From assembly GCA_963750165.1 (NCBI GenBank), contig CAVVPN010000001.1, forward strand, positions 256,001 through 320,000: a stretch of 64,000 bases of DNA, given 5' to 3'. Origin of the DNA: an uncultured Gemmataceae bacterium. GTDB lineage: Bacteria > Planctomycetota > Planctomycetia > Gemmatales > Gemmataceae. This document shows, piece after piece, positions 33,978-43,233 of the stretch. The position numbers and the translations under genes are program-made. Each line of letters begins with the position of its first letter. The first letter of the stretch is position 1. The notes under the pieces are model-generated. The model was given only the letters and a program-made list of their open reading frames with translations, was not told where the DNA came from and made no database searches.

Positions 33978-33992
33978 TTAAGATTTAGTTAA
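33978..33992. promoter_or_regulatory. Second CtrA-type box
   Basis: TTAAGATTTAGTTAA in an AT-rich intergenic tract. Confidence 0.45.
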
Positions 33993-34084
33993 TAGAGATG
34001 GGGGCACTGAATAGCGCTAAACAAAGGAGGTTATTTAGCGTTAGTGGCTGTGCGAGAACGCAAAATCGGTGCGTATAATGGGTT

Positions 34085-34185
34085 ATGAGAGACCAACCCT
34101 ACGACACCGACTTGACCGACGCCCAATACGCCTTGCTGGAGCCGCTGCTGCCGCGGCCCAAAGCCACCGGGCGGCCTCCCCAACA
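34085..34185 (+). pseudogene. IS5-family transposase N-terminal remnant
   Basis: YDTDLTDAQYALLEPLLP..GRP (DUF4096-like); similarity stops after this. Confidence 0.7.
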
Positions 34186-34554
34186 GGCGACGGCCAGAGG
34201 ATTCCAGTGTTGCTGTACCATTCGTACCCGTCACGCTGACGGGCCGACCGGCCCTTCAAGGGCCGCTACGGCGGTCAAACGCATGAACCTGCGTGCGGAG
34301 AAGTGCGCACTTCCCTGGAGTGTTGCCCGGTGCGTAGGCGGCCCAAACAGCACAGCGCCATGATTAGCCGTAACATCAAACCAGGGCATGACTTACGTCA
34401 ACGATGAAGAAGTGGCCAAAGCAGCGTAAGTCCTGTAACAGCAATCATTTACGGACAACGTGACGCTGGGCTGCTGGCGCACTTCCGCTTTAGTCCATTT
34501 TGGACTATTCCAAGGTGGACTTTATCATCCGGCATTGCGAAAGGCAATGCTCGG

Positions 34555-34875
34555 ATGGAAAAATCCATTTACACCGACGTGTACGCCATGGTGCTGCGGT
34601 TGCTCAAGGAAGCGCGGGAGAGGGCGGGCATCACCCAGGTCGATCTGGCGAAGCGGCTGGAACTGACCCAGTCATTTGTCAGCAAAATCGAACGCGGAGA
34701 CCGGCGGCTCGATATTGTGCAGTTGCGGACGCTCTGCCAGGTGTATGGCATGACGCTCGTGGATTTCGCCAAGCGGCTTGAGGATGAGATGAAGGAAAAG
34801 CAGCAGGACGTGCCAACACCGGCAGAATCCCGACCAGAGACGCCTCAGCCTGGCTTCGGATCGGCAGAATCCTGA
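34555..34875 (+). CDS. XRE-family HTH regulator
   Basis: LKEARERAGITQVDLAKRLELTQSFVSKIERGDRRLDIVQL. Confidence 0.9.
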   Translation: MEKSIYTDVYAMVLRLLKEARERAGITQVDLAKRLELTQSFVSKIERGDRRLDIVQLRTLCQVYGMTLVDFAKRLEDEMKEKQQDVPTPAESRPETPQPGFGSAES

Positions 34876-34951
34876 TTGGTCTGTCCAGGATCTGACCGAG
34901 GCTGAACTGTCTGAAGCCGACCTCAGGGGTGCTGACCTTGGCGCTGCTGTT

Positions 34952-36481
34952 TTGCGCGGAACTACCTTGACAAGCGTAAATCTGCGCGATGCCGATCTGA
35001 ATTGGTTGATCAAAAGGCTGTTGGTGATGAGGAACGCCGTGGACGCTGAACGAAAACGATATACACCCGATGAATTGAAGGAATTCCTGCGGTTGCATGG
35101 GATGTGGTTGCGGGGAGAAGAAGGGGGGAAGTGCGCCGATCTGAGTAATGCCTGTCTGCCTGGCGTTGATTTGCATGGTGCTGATCTGACCGAGGCTGAA
35201 TTGTCTGGCGCCGATCTCTCTTTCGCTAGGCTGTGCGATACTATTATGTGCCGGGCAAATTTGATCGGTGCCAACCTGGAGTGTGCTAATTTATCTAATG
35301 CCAACCTATCTACAACTAATCTTACCGCCGCCAACCTGAGCTTAACCAATCTGTCCGATGCCAAGTTGCCAGGCGCCATCCTGCGCTCAACTATCCTAAA
35401 CGAAGCTCACTTAGAAAGAGCCAACCTGGCTGCTGCTAATCTGCGCTCATCTAGTCTGACAGATGTTTTGCTAAGAGATGCTAACCTGACCGATGCCGAT
35501 CTGCGCAACACAGACCTGCGTGGCGCCGACTTTTCCGACGCCACCCTAACCTGTGCAGATCTGGAAGGTGCTAAATTGGCCGGTGCCTACCTGCGCTCAG
35601 CCAAACTGTATGGTACCAAACTTTATGGTGCTAAACTTACTGGTTTCGATTTGAGCGAATCCAACCTGTGCTTAGCCGTCCTTGTTGAGGCCGACTTAAG
35701 TGGTGCTGATCTGCGCGATGCCGATCTACGTGATGCTAGGTTAATGAATGCCCGACTCTCAAATACCAACTTGACCGATGCAGACCTACGTGGCGCCAAC
35801 CTGTTTTCGGCCGACCTCTCAAATGCCAACTTGACTAATAGTGATTTACGTGGCGCCAACCTGTTTTCGGCCGACCTCTCAAATGCCAACTTGACTAATA
35901 GTGATTTACGTGGTGCCAACCTATGGTGTGCAGATCTGTCAAATGCCAAACTGGCCAGAACTGACCTGCGTGGCGCTATATTTCCGCCGGAATTCCAACT
36001 ACCACACCATGATGACCAAAGCGGAAACGCCCAATCCGATGTGGTAAGTCAGACATCGCAGAATCCTCGACCATCCGCCTCACAATCTGATATTGTCCCC
36101 GATTCCCTAAAAGGCCACCGATTCAATCTGCGGCAGCGCCTTCGTCTGCAATTGATGGCCCAAGTCTGTACTTCGCCAAACTATAAAGATCTCACGCAAA
36201 ACCAACTGCTTGCGCAGATCACATCGTTGGCAAGAGAGTTGTTTCGCAAGGGCAAGTTTTCCAGCGCAGAAGAGGCAGAGGCCCTCGACCAACTGTCGCG
36301 GGAACAATACCAAACATTTCAAAATGCCTTAAAGACACTAGAAAAAATATGGAATATTTCAGCTGTTTTCGATAAGAAAGCTGGTAAGCCCAGCAACGCT
36401 ACCTACTTGACGGAGGAAGGTCGCGATTGCTTTACGGCATGGTGGGAGGAGTTCAATTCGTCAAAGGAAAATGGACAATAG
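34952..36481 (+). CDS. Pentapeptide-repeat protein with possible C-terminal winged helix
   Basis: Long A(D/N)Lxx array with 60-bp tandem duplication around 35790-35950; low GC; start uncertain. Confidence 0.85.
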   Translation: MRGTTLTSVNLRDADLNWLIKRLLVMRNAVDAERKRYTPDELKEFLRLHGMWLRGEEGGKCADLSNACLPGVDLHGADLTEAELSGADLSFARLCDTIMCRANLIGANLECANLSNANLSTTNLTAANLSLTNLSDAKLPGAILRSTILNEAHLERANLAAANLRSSSLTDVLLRDANLTDADLRNTDLRGADFSDATLTCADLEGAKLAGAYLRSAKLYGTKLYGAKLTGFDLSESNLCLAVLVEADLSGADLRDADLRDARLMNARLSNTNLTDADLRGANLFSADLSNANLTNSDLRGANLFSADLSNANLTNSDLRGANLWCADLSNAKLARTDLRGAIFPPEFQLPHHDDQSGNAQSDVVSQTSQNPRPSASQSDIVPDSLKGHRFNLRQRLRLQLMAQVCTSPNYKDLTQNQLLAQITSLARELFRKGKFSSAEEAEALDQLSREQYQTFQNALKTLEKIWNISAVFDKKAGKPSNATYLTEEGRDCFTAWWEEFNSSKENGQ

Positions 36482-36500
36482 TTGACACTTCCAAGTAAAA

Positions 36501-36914
36501 ATGACAAGGTGCGGCATACCTGCGATAATAGTTGCACCAACAATGACTGATCTTGAACCTCAAATTGATTTCTCACGCCTTAATTACCCCACCGACGCCC
36601 TGACCATAGGCGCTATCCGAAAGCGATTCCCTCCCTACTTTAAAGGCTTGGAACCCAATTGCTTTAGTGATAGTAACGAAGATATGGCCGCCTTACTCCA
36701 CGGTGAGCGAATCCTGGCCCAGTGGGCATTCGATGAGGCTCTTGGGAAGCCGACTTCGTCAAAATCCCAATGGCATAATCAAAAACTAGCGTTGGAGATT
36801 ACCTATCCCGACATAGGAATTGCGACAGGTCCCCAGCATGCGCAGCAACTTGTCCGCGATCTTATAGAAGCTGCCGCCGCTCAAGCCAGAGAGCATCTTG
36901 GCAAAGGGAGATGA
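36501..36914 (+). CDS. Hypothetical protein (low GC)
   Basis: Open frame in an AT-richer segment; start uncertain (36501 or 36543). Confidence 0.55.
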   Translation: MTRCGIPAIIVAPTMTDLEPQIDFSRLNYPTDALTIGAIRKRFPPYFKGLEPNCFSDSNEDMAALLHGERILAQWAFDEALGKPTSSKSQWHNQKLALEITYPDIGIATGPQHAQQLVRDLIEAAAAQAREHLGKGR

Positions 36915-37008
36915 CCTCGCTCACCTTTCGCTGTACATTTGTGATTCCAAGTTCTTGTTTCCGAAATTGGAATTCTCCCCCAAAAACGTTACGGTAGACT
37001 GACATTAG

Positions 37009-37039
37009 AAAAAAAGCCGTCCTGTTGACGCAGGACGGC
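37009..37039 (-). terminator. Intrinsic terminator-like hairpin on the minus strand
   Basis: A-run followed by GCCGTCCTG-ttgacg-CAGGACGGC. Confidence 0.5.
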
Positions 37040-37282
37040 CGGTTGCCCTGCCCGGAGGCAAGGCGGTTGACCTGCCGCTAACCTTACGCCCGGCTTACCT
37101 CCACGTCAAGGCAACCTCCCAGAAAACCCGGTGCAACCCGGGGAACGTCCCCCTGCGCCCTTGCCGACCATGCTCCCTTAGGTCGGCTGCGTCGAAGATG
37201 CGCTTTCGCCCGTAATCAGTTAGTTCAACAACCAGGACCGTTAACATCCTGTTTTTCCACGGCTTCACCGGAGAATTTCCTT

Positions 37283-38098
37283 ATGTCGCAAGCAAACCTG
37301 CCCGACGAACTTCGCACGGTCCCGCTCCACCGCTTCCTGCCACCGGTCAACGACCGCGAAGACCGGGACGAGCCGTTGATGCAGCGGCTGACCGAATCGA
37401 TCGCCAAGGACGGCTTCCTGCAGCCCATCCGCTGCGTGGAGGAGACGGTCGAAGGCCAGGTAGCGTATCGCGTCGTGACCGGCTGGACCCGGGTGCTCTG
37501 CGGCCGGCGGGCCGGCAAAACGCAGGCCCCGGCCATTGTCATCCGGCGGGCGCTTTCGGAGACGGACGATCTGCTGCAGAAACTGTCGGAGAACGACCTC
37601 CGCGGGGCGACCAGCGTGCGCGACCGCATCCGCTGGTATTACCGCCTGCTGGAGCTGAACCCCGAATGGAACCAGCTTGACCTGGCCAAGGCCGTGCATT
37701 CAAGCCCGGCCGAGGTGAGCAAGACGCTCGCGATTTCCAAGCGCCTGCCGCAGGAACTGCTGGAGAAAATCGGCAATGAGCCCGGCGAGTTGAGCCCGCG
37801 GGCCGCCTACGGCCTGAGCAAGCTGGAGGAGCCGGCCAAGATCCTGGAGTTGGCCGACCGTGTGATGAAAGGACTCATCAAGGCCGAGGCGGTCGAGGTG
37901 GAAGTCGCCAAGCTTTGCCGCAAGGGGAAACACAAGGAGAAAGCGGTCAAAGTTTCGATGCACGGGGTCACCTTCATCATCGGCGTGCATGATCTGCAAA
38001 AGGTGTTCGGGGTGTTCGCGCTGGTGGACGGGGCGCTGAAAAAGCTTGAGAAGCATGGCCTACCGCTTGCCGCGCTGCCTTCACTGCTTCGAGGCTAA
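37283..38098 (+). CDS. ParB/RepB/Spo0J-family protein
   Basis: LTESIAKDGFLQPI, VVTGWTR, LSENDLR, then an HTH. Confidence 0.8.
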   Translation: MSQANLPDELRTVPLHRFLPPVNDREDRDEPLMQRLTESIAKDGFLQPIRCVEETVEGQVAYRVVTGWTRVLCGRRAGKTQAPAIVIRRALSETDDLLQKLSENDLRGATSVRDRIRWYYRLLELNPEWNQLDLAKAVHSSPAEVSKTLAISKRLPQELLEKIGNEPGELSPRAAYGLSKLEEPAKILELADRVMKGLIKAEAVEVEVAKLCRKGKHKEKAVKVSMHGVTFIIGVHDLQKVFGVFALVDGALKKLEKHGLPLAALPSLLRG

Positions 38099-38222
38099 AC
38101 GCCGCAGCAACTGGATTTCCCGGTGAATTTTGCTGCTCTGAGCCGGGCGCTCGCGTCGGGCGCCCGGCAGTGAATCCCGCTCCACCTGGCGGGAACTGTA
38201 ACTCGCATCAAGGCGGTGTGTC

Positions 38223-38417
38223 ATGAATAACCGACTGGTCAGCGATTGCGCCCGCATGATGGGCAAGGCGCTACTCGACCTCATCGCCCATAACTACAGG
38301 CCGGAAGAACACCATGACATATGGGAAGCGTTTACAGAAGTGTGCAGGGCGGGGATCGAGGCGTACGAGATTCAATCACGGCGTTTGGAACAGCGGCTTC
38401 AGCCGGGCATCAACTAA
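38223..38417 (+). CDS. Small hypothetical protein
   Basis: 64 aa; ends just before the T4CP RBS. Confidence 0.55.
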   Translation: MNNRLVSDCARMMGKALLDLIAHNYRPEEHHDIWEAFTEVCRAGIEAYEIQSRRLEQRLQPGIN

Positions 38418-38428
38418 GGAGCATCGAC

Positions 38429-40258
38429 ATGTACTTACTGATAAGGCTGATGCTGATTGCCGCCTTGGGCCTGACGGCTTACAGCGTCATCCTGTTCTGC
38501 CTCATGGGCGGCGTTTGGTGCTGGGTGGCGCTCGGGGTGCTGCTGCTGCTCGTGGCGCTGAAATCGAAAGGCAAAGTGCTTTGGGCCTATGGGACGGCGG
38601 CCTGTGCCACGGAGGGAGACCTGCGCTGGGCCGGGATGCTTGCGGCAAAGCGGGGGCTGATTCTGGGGCGGCTGGTCGGCGGCCGCGCCTTGACCTTTTT
38701 CGAGCGCGTCAGGGTGTTGCTGAGCAGAAGGATTCCGGCCAGGGACGCCTGCGAGCAGTTCCTGGGCCCGGCAAAGCGGAAGGATGGCGGGCCCCTGGTA
38801 CGACTGCCGAATGCTGTACACACCGCCGTATTTGCCCCTACGGGGGTAGGAAAAGGTGTTTCCTTCGTGGTCCCGTTCCTCCTTACCTGCGAGGAATCCT
38901 GCGTCGTGGTGGACTTCAAGGGCGAACTGGCAAGTCTCACGGCCGGCGCCAGGCGGCGCATGGGTCATGACATCGTGATCCTCGATCCGTTCGGAAGTTG
39001 TGCGAAGACAACAATGCCCTTCAAACCGTCAACCTTCAACCCCCTGGATTTTATTGACAAGGACTCTCCGGCCGCCATCGACGACTGCAACGCCCTGGCG
39101 CAGTCCCTGGTTGTTCGGACCGGCGAGGAGAAGGAGCCGCACTGGCTCGACGCGGCCGAGTCGTGGATCGCGGGCATGACGGCGACGGCCGTGCAGTACG
39201 GGCGGCCAGACAAGGGTACGCGCTCGTTGCAGACCGTCCGGGACATGCTGGCCGACCCGCAAAAGCTGGAGACGGCGGTCAAGCTGATGTGCGAGTCGGA
39301 CGCGTGGGGCGGAATGCTTGCCCGTATGGGCAGGCAGCTCACGCATTTCGTGGACAAGGAGAAATCCTCGACGCTCACTTCCACGGGGCGTTTCCTCCGC
39401 TTCCTCGATACTCCGGCCGTGGCGGCCATCACCAAAGCGAGCAGCTTCGACCCGGCAACGCTTCGGGTGGGCAAAATGACGGTTTTTCTTGTCCTTCCTC
39501 CCTCCTACATGCATTCGCATGCCGCACTGCTCAGGATGTGGATCGTGTCCCTGCTGCGGGCTGTCGTCCAGGGAGGGCTGCACAGCAACCGCTGCGTTCA
39601 CTGCGTCCTGGATGAGGCCAGTTCGCTGGGACACCTTCAGGTTGTCGAGGACATGCTGGCCATCGGCCGCGGCTACTCCGTGCGGCTCCAGTTTTACTTT
39701 CAGTCGGTCGGCCAACTTAAAAAATGCTTCCCGCAGGGCCAGGAACAAACCCTGATGTCCAACGTGACGCAGGTGTTTTTCGGGGTGAACGACAAGGATA
39801 CAGCGGAGTATGTCAGCGCCCGTCTCGGGGAGCAAACCATCGTCGTGGAGAGCGGCGGCAGCAGCCGGGGGCAATCCGGGCAACTCTTCGGCAAGGGCGG
39901 CGTTACCCAATCGACGAACAGCAACCGAAACTGGCAGCAGGTGGGTCGCAAGCTCCTGAAGCCCGAAGAAGTGCTCGCGCTCTCGCCGCGGGTCGCCATC
40001 ACCTTTGCCCCTGGAATACGGCCGATCTGCACGCAACTGCTGCGCTATTACGAAGAGAAGAAATCGCTGTGGAAACAGCGCGGGCGGCTGCACGGCATCG
40101 TGGCGTGCTGCCAATCGTTTTTCAAGGCAACCGTGCTTCTGTTGGCGGCGGGGCTTGTTGCCTTCGCGGCAACGAAGCTGAAAGGAGGGTTCGATGTCAG
40201 AACTGGCGGACAAGCTGTTCAACACCGTCAAGGAGAGCCTCAGCAACGCGCCCGCTGA
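38429..40258 (+). CDS. Type IV coupling protein, VirD4/TraG family
   Basis: N-terminal TMs, APTGVGKG (Walker A), VDFKGE, FNPLD, VLDEA (Walker B), FQSVGQL, TAEYVSARLGEQT; AAGGAG RBS before ATG 38429. Confidence 0.92.
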   Translation: MYLLIRLMLIAALGLTAYSVILFCLMGGVWCWVALGVLLLLVALKSKGKVLWAYGTAACATEGDLRWAGMLAAKRGLILGRLVGGRALTFFERVRVLLSRRIPARDACEQFLGPAKRKDGGPLVRLPNAVHTAVFAPTGVGKGVSFVVPFLLTCEESCVVVDFKGELASLTAGARRRMGHDIVILDPFGSCAKTTMPFKPSTFNPLDFIDKDSPAAIDDCNALAQSLVVRTGEEKEPHWLDAAESWIAGMTATAVQYGRPDKGTRSLQTVRDMLADPQKLETAVKLMCESDAWGGMLARMGRQLTHFVDKEKSSTLTSTGRFLRFLDTPAVAAITKASSFDPATLRVGKMTVFLVLPPSYMHSHAALLRMWIVSLLRAVVQGGLHSNRCVHCVLDEASSLGHLQVVEDMLAIGRGYSVRLQFYFQSVGQLKKCFPQGQEQTLMSNVTQVFFGVNDKDTAEYVSARLGEQTIVVESGGSSRGQSGQLFGKGGVTQSTNSNRNWQQVGRKLLKPEEVLALSPRVAITFAPGIRPICTQLLRYYEEKKSLWKQRGRLHGIVACCQSFFKATVLLLAAGLVAFAATKLKGGFDVRTGGQAVQHRQGEPQQRAR

Positions 40259-40445
40259 AATCGGGGCGGAGCTGAAGCACCAGGTCGGGGCGGGCGCGCA
40301 CGAACTTGCCGCCGCACTGTTCAATGGTTCAGCATTTGTCATGTACCCGCGGGCGGGGGTGGAGGACCTGGCGCAGGCGCCCGACCATGGGCTGGACAAC
40401 CAAGCAATCGAGCCGCCCAAGCAACAACAGGGAATGAGCATGTGA
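40194..40445 (+). CDS. Small hypothetical protein
   Basis: AAGGAGG RBS; GAHELAAALFNGSAFVMYP; ends QQQGMSM. Confidence 0.65.
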   Translation: MSELADKLFNTVKESLSNAPAEIGAELKHQVGAGAHELAAALFNGSAFVMYPRAGVEDLAQAPDHGLDNQAIEPPKQQQGMSM

Positions 40446-40507
40446 AATCCTCCCGGCGGCCGGGCTGCTCGTTGCCGCCCGGTTGCCGGGAAAATGGAGA
40501 TGCAAGC

Positions 40508-40987
40508 ATGTTTATGGGATTCAAGCTCACTCACATCAAGTGGGCGTTCTTCGGCGTGATCGGGCTTTCGCTGCTGATTAATCTCTCGTCGTTCTCACTG
40601 CCGAGCTTGACGCCGCCAACTGCTCCGCCACCGGAGGAAGCCCCGGAGGTGAAACAGGCTGCCAAACCTTCGGTTCGCGCGGCGCCCGTGGAAGTAAGAC
40701 CTGTCCAGCAGGCGAACTTCGTGGGTGATGACCAGGTGAATATCCTGGGCCGCTGGGTCAATCCGCTCACAAACGCGGCGTACCTTGAGTTCCGTGAAGA
40801 CGGGACGTTCAGGGACGTTGCGATCCTTGAGAGCACGGAGGGCAAGTACCGTTTCATCGACCACCAAACTATGGAAATGACCTCCCCCGGGCAACTTTAC
40901 GGGGTGGACGCGATTCTTGTGAAATACAGGATTAACGGCGACACGCTTGAGTTGCTCGACAGGGTGAAATACCGCAGGGCGAAGTAA
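40508..40987 (+). CDS. Membrane-anchored hypothetical protein with small beta domain
   Basis: N-terminal TM, Pro-rich linker, ILGRW..YLEFREDGTF..GKY pattern. Confidence 0.65.
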   Translation: MFMGFKLTHIKWAFFGVIGLSLLINLSSFSLPSLTPPTAPPPEEAPEVKQAAKPSVRAAPVEVRPVQQANFVGDDQVNILGRWVNPLTNAAYLEFREDGTFRDVAILESTEGKYRFIDHQTMEMTSPGQLYGVDAILVKYRINGDTLELLDRVKYRRAK

Positions 40988-41057
40988 CGACATGTGAATT
41001 ATGTCCGGCAACCGGCCGGTTTGTTGCCGCTCGGTTGCCGGAGATCAGGAGAGCGTC

Positions 41058-41405
41058 ATGCAGGAGAAATTGATTTTCGCCGTGGTGGCGGTCGCCGCCT
41101 TCCTGGGCCTGTGGGTTGCCTTCGGCTTCGGCTGGGCACTGATGATCGTGGGTGCGGTCATGATCGTGTATGACTGGATGATAAACCAGGGTTCCCAGGT
41201 TCCTGTTCACTCCCAGCCCTCCGCGGCGGAACGCAAGCGTCAGATCGCAGAAGACGCAATGGAAACGCTGGACAAGATCGACCCGCCGCTGACGGGGGAA
41301 GACTATGCCGTCGCGCTGCGGAAACTGTGCCGCGCTGTCGAACAGGGCAGGCCCGCGGTCGAGATCAAAACCCGGGACAGGCAGATTAACATCAATATCG
41401 TGTGA
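41058..41405 (+). CDS. Hypothetical 2-TM protein
   Basis: AGGAGA RBS; two hydrophobic segments. Confidence 0.6.
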   Translation: MQEKLIFAVVAVAAFLGLWVAFGFGWALMIVGAVMIVYDWMINQGSQVPVHSQPSAAERKRQIAEDAMETLDKIDPPLTGEDYAVALRKLCRAVEQGRPAVEIKTRDRQININIV

Positions 41406-41439
41406 CGAACCGTTTGCTCAAGGGAAAAAGGAGAATGTC

Positions 41440-41640
41440 ATGAATAACGATACCTTGAAAGAAATCATGGCCGCAGCGATCGGGCTGTTCGTTCTGTACA
41501 CCGTGGTCAACTTTACGTCACTCGGGCCGCCCATCAGGAACCTCGCACGAGTGCTGGACATCTTCGCTAACCCGGTGGTCCTGGTCGTCGTCGCCGTGGC
41601 CTGTGGCGTGGCGATCTTCTACTCGCAGAGTAAGCAATGA
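41440..41640 (+). CDS. Small 2-TM protein
   Basis: AAGGAG RBS; two hydrophobic segments. Confidence 0.6.
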   Translation: MNNDTLKEIMAAAIGLFVLYTVVNFTSLGPPIRNLARVLDIFANPVVLVVVAVACGVAIFYSQSKQ

Positions 41641-41853
41641 CCACCCAATTCACTTTCCTCCGGGCCTCGGCACTGTGCGAGTCGCTTTTCCACACAACCC
41701 GCAGGGTGTCGAGGCCGCTTGGGACACGCGGCGGTCGTCTCGCCCTAACATCCCATTGACTCCGATGCCGGGCGGCAAGACATCGGGATACACGGCGTCG
41801 TGGCCTCGGCCATCCTCCGGCGGCGCATCGGTTGCAACAGAGCGAGGTGTTTC

Positions 41854-42075
41854 ATGCAGATGTTTTTCTTTGGGTTTTTGCTCGGGATGCTGGTGGCGAT
41901 TGCCGTGATGGTTCTCCTCGTGTTCTTCACGCTGCGGGGGGCCAGCAGGGAGTCGGCCGCAAGAATTCTCCACGGCATCGCCATGAGTTTGGCCCACAAA
42001 TCAAAGCCTGGTCCGCCGGCACCGGCACGGGAATTATTGCCGGACAGTAAGCCAAAGCGTGCCAAGCTGGTGTGA
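41854..42075 (+). CDS. Small 1-TM protein
   Basis: GAGGT RBS; hydrophobic N-terminus, basic tail. Confidence 0.55.
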   Translation: MQMFFFGFLLGMLVAIAVMVLLVFFTLRGASRESAARILHGIAMSLAHKSKPGPPAPARELLPDSKPKRAKLV

Positions 42076-42149
42076 GGACCGGATGACCGGCCGGACGCAA
42101 GCCACACCGGCGGATTCCGGCACCACTACCCTGAGAATGCTGGTGGAAT

Positions 42150-42818
42150 ATGAGAAACAGGTCACTCGCCGACCTTCTGACGCATCAAACCCGCGAGTCG
42201 CTGGCAATCCGAATGGAATCCTTTGCCGATGCATTCGAGCGCTTGGCCAGCACGGCTAACCAATTCGCTCAAGCCGATAGCTACGGCCAAGCCGTGCATA
42301 AGGTGGCCAAGGTGCCATTGACTGCCGCCGAGCTTCCGTCGCTTGCGGCATGGCTGAAGAGCAATTGCGATAAATTTGAGCAGACGGCAACAACGACGGA
42401 GCAGAAGGAACAGGTGGCTGCTTTCAAAGAATTCATAGCGGAAGTCAGCGGCCCTGCGGTCAGCGACGCCTTCCAAAGGCCGCTCGTCAACGCGCTGGTC
42501 GAGGACATCCAGTCGGCACTGGCCGACGGACACAGGAATGGCTTTCCCTTGGCCTGGTTGTCAGACGAAGATAAGAGGGATTACCTCGCGACGGTGATCG
42601 ACTGGACCGATTACATCAACCGGGGGCTTGATCTTGGGCCGGACACGGCGGCACATATTGACCGCATCATCGACAATGCCGTGTCCGGGAAACCGGCCGA
42701 GAACTGGATGGGGCGAACCGATCAGGCCGCGGACAAATTTGAGGAAATGCTAAATCGCCAACCGGATCAACCTGCGAACGTGCAAGGAAAGGGCAAGCAC
42801 CGGGACCTTGAGAGGTAG
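42150..42818 (+). CDS. Hypothetical protein
   Basis: 222-aa ORF ending GKGKHRDLER, directly before the excisionase-like gene. Confidence 0.7.
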   Translation: MRNRSLADLLTHQTRESLAIRMESFADAFERLASTANQFAQADSYGQAVHKVAKVPLTAAELPSLAAWLKSNCDKFEQTATTTEQKEQVAAFKEFIAEVSGPAVSDAFQRPLVNALVEDIQSALADGHRNGFPLAWLSDEDKRDYLATVIDWTDYINRGLDLGPDTAAHIDRIIDNAVSGKPAENWMGRTDQAADKFEEMLNRQPDQPANVQGKGKHRDLER

Positions 42819-42826
42819 GCCGCAAC

Positions 42827-43114
42827 ATGACACTGGAAGAACGGCTTGAAAAAATTGAATCGCTTCTCGGCATGCTGGTCGAACGACAGCAGATCCGCGA
42901 ATGGTACACCACCGAGGAGTTCGCCCGGCTCGTCGGCAAGGCGGAATTCACGGTGCGCGAGTGGTGCCGCCGTGGTCGAGTTCGTGCTGAAAAGCGCCGC
43001 AGCGGCCGCGGCGCGCACTCGGCCTGGGTGATTTCCCACCAGGAACTGCTCCGCTTTCAGAAAGAGGGACTGCTACCGGCACCCGAGTCATTTCACGCCT
43101 GGAACAGGCCGTGA
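42827..43114 (+). CDS. Excisionase-like HTH protein
   Basis: EWYTTEEFARLVGKAEFTVREWCRRGRV; converges on the integrase. Confidence 0.8.
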   Translation: MTLEERLEKIESLLGMLVERQQIREWYTTEEFARLVGKAEFTVREWCRRGRVRAEKRRSGRGAHSAWVISHQELLRFQKEGLLPAPESFHAWNRP

Positions 43115-43233
43115 GTTAGTGGTCTGAGCAAGGGCGGGAATCCTGTCTAAAACGCTAGACCAAAGCCTCAACCCGCGACGGCAAGCAGCATCCTCGCAGT
43201 GACAAAGACGCTGCTTGCCGTCGCCGCTGGTGG

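Noticed and set aside
28025..34058. GTGCGAGAA direct repeat flanking the recombinase plus cargo
   Set aside because: Only 9 bp; not enough to call recombination sites.
34069..34092. dif-like GGTGCGTATAA-TGGG-TTATG
   Set aside because: The spacer is 4 bp rather than 6, the XerD arm is poor, and it coincides with the IS5 remnant's TATAAT and start codon.
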